The notes under the pieces: model-generated
What the model was told of the DNA's origin: nothing
Database searches by the model: none
Seen by the model: the letters and a program-made list of their open reading frames with translations, nothing else
Source: Felis catus
Lineage: Eukaryota
Length of the DNA: 64,000 bases
Assembly (NCBI RefSeq): GCF_018350175.1
Contig: NC_058368.1
Coordinates: 68,140,001-68,204,000, forward strand
Direction of reading: 5' to 3'
Program-made: the position numbers and the translations under genes
Shown: positions 52,010-64,000 of the stretch, one piece after another
How the letters are laid out: each line of letters begins with the position of its first letter
Numbering within the stretch: position 1 is the stretch's first letter

Positions 52010-52450
52010 TTCCCTACATTTGAAGACAGTTATTATTATTCCCCTCAATACACAGCTCTCAACCTAAACATCCCAGACCTTGGAGTGACCTTGAGTCATT
52101 CCTCATACAGCTGTGCTCAAGGTATACCTGGACCCTGATTACGCTCCTATGAATCACACTGCACTTTGTTCCCCACCGTCCCTCCTCCCCACAATCCAAT
52201 CTTAAAGGAGAAGGGCTGTTTAGTCTCCTTCATTTCTCCAAGAGTGACCAGACACACTTGTTTTGTTGTACTCTCCAGAGACACTCAGTGTAAATTATTC
52301 TTGGGTGTGCACACGAAATGAAGAACCTCCACAACCTCCACAAACCACTGTTTATTTGTTAGTTGGGTGCTTGTGTTAATTTATTTGTGTTTTTCAATAC
52401 ATATTTGAGATAGTTTATCAGACTGGGGGAAATGTGGCAGAGGAATTTTT

Positions 52451-52666
52451 TTTCTTTCTCTTTTTTCTTTTGTTTATTTATTTTGAGAGAGAGTGTGTGT
52501 GCATGACCAGGGGAGGGCAGAGAGAGAGGGAGAGAGAGAATCTTAAGCAGGTTCCGCACCATCAGTGCAGAGCCCAACATGGGGCTCCATCCCAGGACTG
52601 TGAGATCATGACCTGAGCTGAAATCAAGTATGCTGATTAACCGATTCAGCCACCCGGGGAACCCCC
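52451..52666 (-). mobile_element. Can-SINE (SINEC)
   Basis: Antisense body. TSD GAGGAATTTTT at 52440-52450 and 52669-52679. Confidence 0.93.
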
Positions 52667-55600
52667 ATGAGGAATTTTTGATGCTGGCTTTTTCACAGTA
52701 TAGATTAGAATATTAAATCCTCACTGAGTCAAGGAATAGCTGTGGCTCTGATTTGATTCCAGGCTTATAGAGAAATTGTTAAAGCATGTTTCTGGAAGTA
52801 ATCAAAATACAAGTATTTGAAAAGAGAACACTTTATTAAACTTTACAAATGATATTGTAAAAGGTCCTCTCTCCTTTGCTGAAATAATTATAAAAGAGTC
52901 AACTTTAGTCCAATAATAATTTTGCACTTAGATTACTTGCAGGAGCATTGTTTTTGATGAGGTAACAGCAGTTAGTAAAGAAACCTGAGGGAAATCCTGA
53001 TAACGTCCACGGCAGTCTTCAGATTTCCTTACCAGCTGTATCCAAACATTTATGGGTTTAGAGCGCGTCATGTTCTCTCATGCTTCCATGCCTGACATGT
53101 GCTGTGCTGTGTGCCTGGAACCCTCTCCCGTGCCTGGCATAATAATGCTTCATCCCAGAGGGGCTTCAGCCCAAGGGTGACTCCTGTCAGAGGCCTTCTC
53201 TGGCTTCTGCAGGCAGACTTAGCTATTCATCCAGGCCATGTTTATTGTGCTCTATTTCTTTGTTATCTCGCTTACCACGTTGTGTGTTGATCTCTGTTTC
53301 CACATTTGTCTTTCTACCATGTCAGCGCCTTGGAAAGCACCACAGAGACACCCATACTTACTAATACTCCTGACATTGGACATTCAATGGTGAACAGCAC
53401 AGCCTGGATGCTACCATCACAGAGCTCCGAGCCTTATGTGAGCTCAAGTCTTGGCATCTTTGTAAATACCAGGGCTTATGAAACCAGCAAATAAAGCCCA
53501 ACTCTGCACTAGGCTCCTCAATGATAGGGACAATATCCTATGGGTTTTTTTTTTTTTTTTTGTATCCCCAGAACTTAGCATAATAAACAACACACACCAG
53601 ATATTCAATAATTATGTGTGGAGTGAATGAAAGAATGATTAATTTAAGTAATTTCATTGTTGACTTTCAATTTTATATGAGCAAGTAGCTTTTCAGAAAA
53701 ACCTCATTTAAAGGTTTATGTTAATTTCTTTTCATAAATGCTGTTTTGAAGTTGATAATTTTAGGGGTAATGAAAATTCAAAAGTCAGGTCATCTCCCAG
53801 GAGAACAAGCTAGAATCATATGACACTTTTTACTAGCACAAGATACTTAGACAATGCTAATCATAGTTTCAGTAATTATAAAATTATTAATATCAACTGT
53901 CAGTTATATTTAGACTTCCAAGGTAGAATTTAACCTTTAACTCTGTCCAAATCTGTCATGTAAACAAGCTAAATTAACTATCCTTTGAGATCAAAAACTA
54001 ATATCGTACAAGGATTTACTCAGAGTGTGCTAATTCTTTGAAGCTTCCTGGAAGCCAAATTCAAATTCCAGACAATTAAATGTTAATAAATTTCTAGTGA
54101 TCAGAGAGACAAATACAAGGAAGATTAATATTCTTTCTCATGCTTAGAGATGGGCCCTCAAAGTGATAAAATAAAATGTTACCTTTGAACGTGACACCTT
54201 AAATTACAGTGCTTAGATATCCTTATATAGAAAGTGAACAAGCAGGGTGTTTTTTTTTGTTTTGTTTTGTTTTTTGTGTGCATTGAATAGGTGCTAAGGT
54301 TGGTGAGCTCCCTTGAGAGGGTCATGGTAGGACTAAAAATGTATTCATTTATTCAACAAATTTTTATTGAGAAACTGCCATGTGTCAGACATTATTCTCG
54401 ATGCTGGGATTATGGTCCTGTTTATGACTTTGTTTAACGAAAGCAGAAATTTTGTCCTGGGGAGTTAACTGCTGGGAGGTAAGGAGATGCAAATACGTAG
54501 GAAAATAAAACACAAAATAATTACAAAATGAAGACCTAATACCTTGCAGATACCCAAGAAAGCATTCTATGCCACAGTTCATATTTTGACATTTCTTTGG
54601 GAAGGGATTTCGCTGGATGAAGCCTAGAGTTGGGGTTCCACCTGTAAATGTTTAGTCTTCATGAGCAGTTTGCATCGGAACCACGCCTCACCATTTCCCT
54701 GCTGCTCTGATCACACATCTCCACCCCCTGGATCATACTTTCTCAGTTTAGAAAATAAAGCTAATGTAGGAAATATCCGACTTCAGCTCTCTGCCAGCTC
54801 TGTATTGACCTTGTATGTTCAGCTCTGTAATTTTAAGACTTCATAAATATAAAAAAATACTTACTTTTTATCTTCAGCTTGGCTTTAATTTCTCTTCTCT
54901 GTGAGAACTGTAAACCTGCCAACTTTAAAGTTAGTTGATCTATTTATTCTGAGCTATAGGAATACAGAACGAGTCAGTTGTGGTTTTTTTTTTTTTAAAG
55001 TTAGAGCAATCTTAACTGATAGGCTACGGAAGAAGTTTATTGCATGCATTAAAAAATGAAATTTGGTTTATTTCAATGGTTTTCAGCAATTCAAAGTGCA
55101 TGTATTTATTGCTTAGATGTATGCTATACACCTATTATAGGAGTACAGAGCCTTGTGATATTTTCAATGTCTTTGCTCTTAAAAATGTTTGACTCTTCTG
55201 AAGTACGTTCCTTTGTAGTATTTTGGCCGTAGCCTTACGGGGTCACCTGAGGCCAGATGCAGCAAGAGACAGCTGATCCTGACTTCTCAGGAGGTGACAC
55301 AGTGTTTGTGCTATGTGTCTCTGGGTTCTCCATAGCTGGCCTTTTACCAGCTTGTCACATCTGTGGTCAGTACCAAGTCAACTAGAACAGGAAGGGTCAG
55401 AGGGCAAGGGTCCAGGGCTCTAATCCAGACCTTCCCATCTGGGCACTATGGGCACTGTGGGCACACATCCAGCGGCTCACTCTTGGAGCAAATGTAGTGG
55501 GGCGGCCAAAGTAGATATCCGGGCCAGCAAGAGCCACACAGAGAGACTTCATGGTAAGGACAAAGAGGGGCGTCTGGACAAGTGGCTGGAGCATGGCAGT

Positions 55601-58600
55601 GGATTTTCAGGAGTCAGGCACTCAGTATCAAGAGCTACTTCAGCAGGTAGAGGGCACCTGGCTGAGGTTCAAGTGTAGGAGTTTACACTGGAGGAGATGT
55701 GAGGATGGCACTGAGAAATACAAACTAGGATCGTCTGACACTCAGGGGACTGGGGACAGGGAAGAATAGGAAGCCGTAGCCATAGCACAAAGCAAAAGAA
55801 TACAGCTACCAGACTGGAAACTCCGGTGGGAGAAGAGTTAAGCCCAGTTATCATGGCTGAAATAAAGATTCTGAGCAGAACTTGTAGCAGACACCCTTGG
55901 AGTCTAGCAGGGGTTTGAGTTGTCCAGCTGCAGGGACAGGAGTGAAGTAGGGGCTGAGAAAGGGTAAGCCTGACACTAGGGGTCAGTGGGTCCTCCCTGA
56001 GGTGTGGACTTTGGGGTCACTGGAGATATTGGACTTCATGAAACTCAAAGTATATTTGAAGAGGTCGTGTAACTCCCACACGTGCAATTTACTTACCTTA
56101 TCGCCTGTCAGGTCTACCTCGGGATGCCTTGATTCCCTGACTTAATGGCACTTCTTCCCTCTTCCTGGGAACTCCTGTGTCCATTGTTTCAATATGCAGC
56201 ATGTTCTTACTGAGCACCTACTATGCAAAGGCCACGTGCTGGATGCTATGTGGGTCCTAGTGTTCGATAAGGCATGATTTCCAGATCATGCCAGAAATCC
56301 CAGAAATTTCCAGATTTCCAGATGCTGTCACAATGCTGGAGAGGTATGACAGGGTACAAATGAGGAAAAGTCCAGGGAATGCAGGATGAGTGGTCTAGAA
56401 TGCCACAGTACTCAGGGGCAGAAAAGGAGCATCCCAGGAATGATCCCAGTAAATGTAGATGAGGGGGATAAGATTGAGGAAAGAGCAGGCGTACAGATAG
56501 GAAAGCATTCTTTAAGCTTGTTGGTATTTAGGGCAACAAGGAGACAAAAGGTTATAATGGAAAGGTAGCCTCGTACAGACATGCCTACATTTGGTGGAAT
56601 CTTATGTGTCAGATTAATTCCACTAAATTACATTGAAACTTTGTGTGGATGTCCCAGAGCCTTACTAAATATATTATGCATAAGATTAATGCAACCAAAG
56701 AGGTGCTTAGTTTTATCCGGACGGAATTAAACGGAGACTCAAAGAAGAAGGCCATGTCAGAAAGCATATGCATTTGTGACACCATCATGAAGTGCCCGTG
56801 ATGGTAACAATTTGGTGGCAGAGGAAGAAGAATCAAAGACAGCTGTGGATTTGAATTTGATTGACTCAGAGAATATTGGCACAAATAGCATTAGGGAAAT
56901 TAGACAAAGGAATTGGCCGTGTGTGCGCGCACTAGGCTAGGTAATGAATGCCGACGACAGTAATACAAATAGGTTGATTAGGCAGCTGGCTGGAAATGGA
57001 TGTGAACATGTCCAGGTAATTAGAATGCAGTGCCACAGCTTGGGGGATATGTTAGGGGTTAAAACAGGAGAGAGGTCAGGACCTTGGGGTTCATCTTCAT
57101 TTAAGGGACAGAAGAAAAACGAGGAACAAAAGGAACAGAGAAAGGACTGTTCAGAATAGATGAGAACCAGTAAATATAAGTGTCACCAAGCCAAGAGATG
57201 ACAGTTTCATGGAGAAAGTGTCATATCTTTCTCTCTCTAAAATATATGTATTTACGACTTAAACATGTTTGGGTAAATTAACTACAGTGGGATATAGATA
57301 GAACAGTAAAAGTCAACAGTTAAGATGAGTGAGAGCATCAGAGCCAAACAAGTACATATATCCATTAATATCCATTTTCAGAACGTGAACAGCTAAAAAC
57401 AATAGTAGATAGAAATACCCTGTCTTTGCTGTAACCAAGCCAGTGTTCACTGCTTAAGTAACATTTTATTTGGCTTCTCTGGTGAAGAGTCTGAACACCA
57501 TCTCTTATATCTGGACCTCAGGTCAAGGAAGGAATCTGAAAGATGGTAGCAAAGCCCATTTCATCAGCTTCTGGGCACAGGAAATGTGCCTCTTTCATCA
57601 GCAGCTCCTGCCCTCCTCCAGGGCATCCATCCAGCATCATCTTCCCAACCTCCCTGGGGCACTTCCCATCAGGAGCTTGGAAAAGGCACTGTGGGATTTC
57701 ATGGAGCCCGGCGGTTGAGAAATTTTACAATCTGCAGAAGAAAGTGAGACGCTGTGTGGATATTTGTACATTAAGAGTATTAGACCTAATTCTGCTTCTG
57801 TTCCTTTGTTTCCCCTTCTGCTCTTTTGAATACCACTGGAAACAATGGGTCACAAAGAAATTGGCTGAGTGCAAACTTTTCAGAAAACATTTGCCTTAGG
57901 CTCAAGTCAAATATGGTATTTTTGAAGAAAACAATGAAATAAGTTAGAGATTTGTAATGAGAGTAAAACTGTAGCCTTACTGCAGAGTTCGCTAGACCTA
58001 ATGGAAACTCTATAGGGGCTCTATATTCTGTGTTATCAGAGCTTGTCTACCGGTGATCCTGGTCTTGGGAAACAGGGCTTCCATTATGTATGAATTACTT
58101 GGGTACATATGTAAATACCACTTCTATATTTAGTCTCATGTTAGGTTCTGCCTAGAGCTCCATGAACAATTTGTTATTAGAAAATTTATGATCTGTAATT
58201 TGTAGACATGTCAAAAAATACACCAAAAGGAATTAATAAAGTCATTTTAAACAGATGGTTCTTTATTTAAAAAAAAAATCCTGAATGGAATATGGTGCAC
58301 TGAACTGGAGCGAGATGTGGAAGACAATACATTCTTGTCTGAAAATCTTCACAGATGTCAGTGACAATAAATGCCAGACAGAGATAATAAATTCTAGATT
58401 TTTTAGTGGGAAAATTGCTTCAAACAATTTATTTTCCCAGGACCTCAGTCACCTTAAGTTAGCACCATAGATTATTATACCTTGGTCACCTCCTGTATAT
58501 CTGAATGAAGGGGAAATAGAACATTTCAGAAGGGTCTAAAGAGTGAGTTGGCTCTATGCTTTTGCCCTTTGAATCTGAACCATTCTTAGTATAATGGAAA

Positions 58601-58759
58601 TGAATTTTTGATCAACCCACTACTGACTATTTGCTTTCCTAGGCTATTCTTCCATTTGAAGAGAGGTCTACCTGGACTTTCCCTAGAATGAGAGTAGGAG
58701 GGGCTGTGTTGCTCATAAATTAATAGGACTGCCTTAGTTTTTCATGCCCCTAGATTTAT

Positions 58760-58767
58760 TATTATTA

Positions 58768-58811
<44 letters not shown>

Positions 58812-59009
58812 TTAATCTTTATTTATTTTTGAGAGAGAGAGTGAAAGCAGGGGAGGGGCAGAAAGAGAGAGGGAGACACAGAATCAGAAGCAGGCTCCAG
58901 GTTCTGAGCTGTCAGCACAGAGCCCAACATGGGGCTTGTACTCATGAAAGCGAGTTCATGACCTGAGCTGAAGTCAGACGCTTAACTGATTGAGCCACCC
59001 AGGAGCCCC
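58760..59009 (-). mobile_element. Can-SINE (SINEC_Fc-type) with (ATT)n tail
   Basis: Antisense body. TSD TGCC[C/T]CTAGATTTAT at 58745 and 59011. Confidence 0.95.
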
Positions 59010-60529
59010 GTGCCTCTAGATTTATAATGCTTGAAAAAAAACTGGACTTGGGTGAAGAGACTTTGCATTTATTGCTAGTTTTTGTACTAACCAACTGTGT
59101 AGCTAGGTAGTTTTTCTGGCTTCCTTTTCCTTAGCTTTAAAATAAAGTTCCTTTCCAGAGTAAGCAATATATATACACATATATGTGTATATATATTTAG
59201 GTATTACCTTCATTCTTATGAATTCATTCCTAGAAATTGATATCTAAATGGGCATCTTTGGTTTTCCATAATTACCCGTAGATTTGGCCAGAACTCATTA
59301 TCCCTAAATGTGTGAACTGGGATGACTCTTTGACCATTAAAAACAAAATCCTGCTTTGGTGTACCTTGGGGCTGATCGAGAAAAGTATTTGCTTTGAAGA
59401 TACAAGTGTATTTTAATCCTGGTCAATTAGGCTTGATTTGACTAAGCAATACAGGTAGAGTAGTTTGAATCCCGATTCTGATACCAACCCTCATGTGTGT
59501 TCCAAACCATCCACTTCTATGGAAGAGTGAATGATGGTAACTACATCCCAGGCACAGGTGAGTCATTACTCATAAAAATGACAGAAAAGCAGTTTTCCAA
59601 TGCTGAAAGTGACATTAATGGCATATAATAATGGCTCAGGATATTTTGGCTGCGTGCATTTTTATCGGCAGCAGCAGCTACAGCACAGGCCATTGTTGGG
59701 TATGCTGAAACGAGATAGCCTTATATCTGATGTCACATCCAATTTCTTAAACTACTTAATCCAGGTGATTTATAGGTCATCTCTAAAGTTGAGATGGATT
59801 CACCAACAGTGAGGGTCTAGAAACAGTCAGTCTAGCTGTTTGTAGGTAATATTTGCTACTAAAGTCCAGATTCAACAAACATTTCTATAATCCCAGATCA
59901 TTTTCACAAGTATAATCTCATTGTACCTCTGCACCTACCCCGGGAGGTAGATCCTGTTGTACCGGGTTTTATAGACGGAGAGGTTCTCAGGGAGGTTAAA
60001 GGTCACATGAGCAGTGGTGGCACTGAACAGGTTGTCGCTGCAGAGCCGGTACGGAAGGGCTTCAGCTGGAAGGGTCTGTGTGGTTAAGGCAGGTGGTGAG
60101 ATGCCAAGGCAGTGGCTGAGAGATAAGAGGACGCGGTGTTGCTCAGGAGTAAGGAGGGCAGGGAAGAGCTTAAGGAAAACCCCCCAGCAAACTGCAGCCA
60201 GCTCTCCCGGACCTCTCTGAACTTTTTAGTGACAGGGAGAGCCTCACAATGTGCAGAGAACGTTACTGGGAAAATTTAGTGTCTTTCAGCCACAATCATG
60301 CACCCTAAGGGATCCCTCAGCCATCTTGGCAAGTGTGCAAAGAGCGGCGTCCGCCTTGTGCTCTGGTCATCCCAAGCTCTGAGCCAGCGGCTTCCCTGGA
60401 CGGCTGTGTCCAAAGGATGGCACACGCAGGTGGTGTTTGCCTTCAAGACCCATGTCCTTTTGTGGAGCGACCGAGCATGTTCAGTGCCCACTCTAACGCT
60501 CAGCTGCCTTTGCCCGCTAGACCAGGAAA

Positions 60530-60720
60530 ACAATAGCATGGAATCAGAGCACAGACTCTGGAGTCACACAGCCAGGCTTCGAATCTCAGCTCTGCCACCT
60601 CCTGGCTGTGTGACCTTGGGGAAATCCTTAACCTTCTGTCCCTCAATTTGCTCTTCTGTAAAATGGGAACAGTAACAACAAGAGCTGTCTCATAGAGTTA
60701 GCGGGAGGATTACTAAGTAC
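60530..60720 (+). mobile_element. MIR SINE
   Basis: AGAGCACAGACTCTGGAGTCA...TTCGAATCTCAGCTCTGCCAC...GCTGTGTGACCTTGGG...CTGTAAAATGGG. Confidence 0.85.
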
Positions 60721-62741
60721 ATAAATGTTCTATCTGCTTTGGGCCATCCAGTCATCATCTGCAGGCTGATACCTGTCTGTGCGTAGGTATCATCAGTCTT
60801 CTTGAAATTCCTTTTTGATTTCCCTCAGCCTTTTATCTTTGTCTCTTTTCGTCTCTCTTTCCAATGCTCTTCTGTTTCCGATTTTCTAGATGAGCATGCC
60901 ATCAAGTCCGCCCTCCGCTGATCTTACCTCCAACAGTCCCATCTTTGAAAAGAAAGGCTACAATTCCAAGCTTAATTACATGTAGGTTCTGATAATGCTC
61001 TAATTGAAATGTGTATTAAATAAGTCGTTTTGAGAACTCCCTATGTGCCAAGTTCTGTGAGAGGTCCTCTGATGCATTGTTGCCCTGGTTTCTCTATAGG
61101 CAAGTATGTTATTATTTTGATACTAAGAAGAGAAAGTTAAGTTTCAGAGAGATTTACTAACTTGTCCTACGTCTCACAGCAGGCAAATAACAGTTATCAC
61201 TGCCTGCTGCCTGCTGTGCGTAAGAGGTTCATTTTTCACAAACCATTTACGGACTCATTTACAAAGCATGGAATAATGTTCTGGAGAATTTGGGCAGTAT
61301 GGCAAGTGCCAGGTAAGGGGAAAGTTTTAACTTAAAAAAGATAGCATACTACAGAAAGCCCAGGGCCAGTTCCAAGTTCTGGCTGGGAATCCTTTTTTAG
61401 TGATTTGTGCTTTCTGTCATCTCAGGCAAGTCATGTAATCTTTCAGTCCTCATTTTCCTCATCTGAAAAACGGGCATCATAATGTTGTCGAGGTGAGAAT
61501 TTAAAAATGGGAACAGACATTAAAATTGCCGGTAGATTTTATGTCACAACATAAATGTAAGTTTTATTAATCTTATTATTTGTTTTTCAGTCCAGTAGAG
61601 TTCCACCTATAATCTTAGATGTGGATTGGGGAATATTAATCAACTATCAGGCAAGCTTCATTTGGAACGAATGCCTGATATAATTTTGGCCAGGAAAAGA
61701 TGAAGAACGGTGGACTTGTGCTTTTTAAAAATTTTGTTCTGACCTTTGAAGGCAGCTCTGGTAGCATCAAACTGAATTTGGGGGTCATTTTGACCAATTT
61801 CCAAGTGAGAATATATATAGTCAATTAAATTTTATTGGTCAATAAAGCTATGTGTCATTCCACTCCTCTATTTCCCAACCTATTTATTGCACTGATAACG
61901 AACTGGCTTTTGAAGATTTCCATCCTAATGAAACAAGACCACAGGAAGACATGTGTAGATTACATCGTTGGTTCATTTAATGGGTCAGGGAAAGGGGGTG
62001 TAGCTGTCTCTTTAATCAGCAGACCTCAGGCTTGTTTCAGTGAGAATAACCCAGGTGCTGATCACCTTAATGACAACACTATTTTAAAAAGCATTTTAAA
62101 CACATTATACTGTAGATTATTCTATTTTTTTCCCCTAATGGAGCTGTCCTTGAAGGACCATTATGCCATTCCTTTCAGATGTTTAATAAAGCACGAGATT
62201 ATAATGATCATGCTTGAGAATAGGTTTTGTGCAGCTGGGAATTGCAATATAGCAATCTTCTATTAAATCATTGAGATGCTAAAATGTATCTTTAGAGGGG
62301 TGGTGATGGGGTTTTATTAAATTGGTCTAATCAGTATTCCCTATGATCATTCATACAATTTTATTTTTAATTATTATCATCCTAATCAAAAAGCATGTAT
62401 CCAAAATTCCTTTGTGCATATTCCTGAGTTGAGATCTATGAGGGTTTCAGCCAGGCCCTCCACAAGCTTATAGTTGGAAATAACCTTGAAGCTTATCCAA
62501 CCTCTTAAATGAACGACGGGCACATTATTTATTATAGAAGGTATTGGTGTGTGGGGTTGAGTGGGGGCTTCTGAATGTGCTGGTTTAGGTTCAAAGACTT
62601 CGCTTACTAGTGGCCACACATTGGATGTATTACCTAATCACCTCTGAGAACAGTGTTACCTTGTGAGCAATAAGGTGATTTGTATTAAGTAAATCCCTAG
62701 CACCAAGCTCAGTAGAGTAGCTCTTTAAAAATAAGATGTTG

Positions 62742-64000
62742 GATGCTCAACGTCGCTCCTCATCAGGGAAATACAAATCAAAACCACACTCAGATATCAC
62801 CTCACGCCAGTCAGAGTGGCCAAAATGAACAAATCAGGAGACTATAGATGCTGGAGAGGATGTGGAGACACAAGAACCCTCTTGCACTGTTGGTGGGAAT
62901 GCAAACTGGTGCAGCTGCTCTAGAAAACAGTGTGGAGATTCCTCAAAAAATTAAAAATAGACCTACCCTATGACCCAGCAGTAGCACTGCTAGGAATTTA
63001 CCCAAGGGATATAGGAGTACTGATGCATAGGGGCACTTGTACCCCAATGTTTATAGCAGCACTTTCAACAATAGCCAAATTATGGAGAGAGCCTAAATGT
63101 CCATCAACTGATGAATGGATAAAGAAATTGTGGTTTATATACACAATGGAATACTACGTGGCAATGAGAAAGAATGAAATATGGCCCTTTGTAGCAATGT
63201 GGATGGAACTGGAGAGTGTTATGCTAAGTGAAATAAGCCATACAGAGAAAGACGGATACCATATGGTTTCACTCTTATGTGGATCCTGAGAAACTTAACA
63301 GGAACCCATGGGGGAGGGTGTGGGGGGCCGGGCCCGGTGCCAGGCTGAGACCGGGTCGAGCAATGTTCCCCGTTGACTCAAGCCAACCTGGTGGTTACCC
63401 CTCCCATTCCCCCACTTTCAAGGGCATACGAAAGCCTTGTCAAGGCTGAGAGTTAATTCCTGAAGCCTGTGGTCTGCAGGTGTTGGCAGTAATGCTACCT
63501 CCCTTTTTCTACCCCTAGTCAGATAGACACAAACATGGGAACTGTGTTTTGCTAGCAATCTATCAACAAGGTCTTGTGACCTGTTCAGAAAGTTCACAAG
63601 GTATACAGAACTAAATGTTTTGGCTGGCAGTGATCATGTGAAACCTGTTTATTCTTAGAATGACCTGATCCATAAGAGTCTTATATTATAAAAGATTGTG
63701 TACAGCAACAATAAAGCCGTCACTTGGGCCATCAGCCCAGGTGTTCCCAAACTTTCTCTTCTCTCTTTTTTCTTGCATTCCCCTACCCTCAGGACCCTGA
63801 CCTCAGTGTTTGTCGCGCCGGTCGCGACAGGAGGGGAAGGAAAAAAAAAAAGAGGTTAGAGTAGGAGAGAGCCAAAGCATAAGAGACTCTTAAAAACTGA
63901 GAACAAACTGAAGGCTGATGGGGGGTGGGAGGGCTGGTGATGGGTATTGAGGAGAGCACCTGTTAGGATGAGCACTGGGTGTTGTATGGAAACCAATTTG
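62742..64000 (+). mobile_element. 5'-truncated felid L1 (ORF2 C-terminus plus 3' UTR), interrupted by an LTR and running off the window
   Basis: ORF2 tail with CCHC knuckle (CWRGCGDTRTLLHCWWEC), in-frame TAG at 62921-62923, then ORF 62930..63289 (WRFLKKLKIDLPYDPA...). TTT/AAAA endonuclease-type site just upstream. 3' UTR resumes after 63835. Confidence 0.95.
63319..63829 (+). mobile_element. Solo LTR of an endogenous retrovirus (probably ERV2/betaretrovirus-like)
   Basis: 511 bp with TGTGGGG...GACA termini. Perfect 6-bp TSD GGAGGG at 63313-63318 and 63830-63835. TATAAAA at 63687-63693 and AATAAA at 63710-63715. Confidence 0.92.

Noticed and set aside
62930..63289. 119-aa ORF as a functional gene
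   Set aside because: It is the C-terminal piece of L1 ORF2 in a 5'-truncated copy with an upstream in-frame stop.

Overview
This is AT-rich mammalian DNA from a felid, judged by 15 Can-SINE (SINEC) insertions and a felid-type L1 3' end. It has no recognisable intact cellular coding exon. It reads as part of a very long intron or gene desert, with old repeats (L1M, L2, L3/CR1, MIR, MaLR/ERVL LTRs, hAT transposons) alternating with repeat-free, homeobox-motif-rich blocks that look like conserved enhancers. The main discovery is a ~4.3-kb endogenous bornavirus-like element on the minus strand (~2650-6960). By hand translation it keeps collinear but heavily disabled remnants of glycoprotein G, matrix M and nearly the whole RNA-dependent RNA polymerase L, in the order G-M-L. 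That order is typical of Carbovirus/Cultervirus rather than Orthobornavirus (M-G-L). Viral protein comparisons use my recollection of the BoDV-1 sequences and need tBLASTn confirmation. Other highlights: a young betaretrovirus-type solo LTR with a 6-bp TSD nested in the L1 3' UTR (63319-63829); a CAG|GTAAG site after a 119-nt AG-free zone (1011-1017); a triplicated CACGTG E-box unit (49085-49148); and two SINEs stacked at one target site. Old-repeat family names and boundaries are by eye and approximate.
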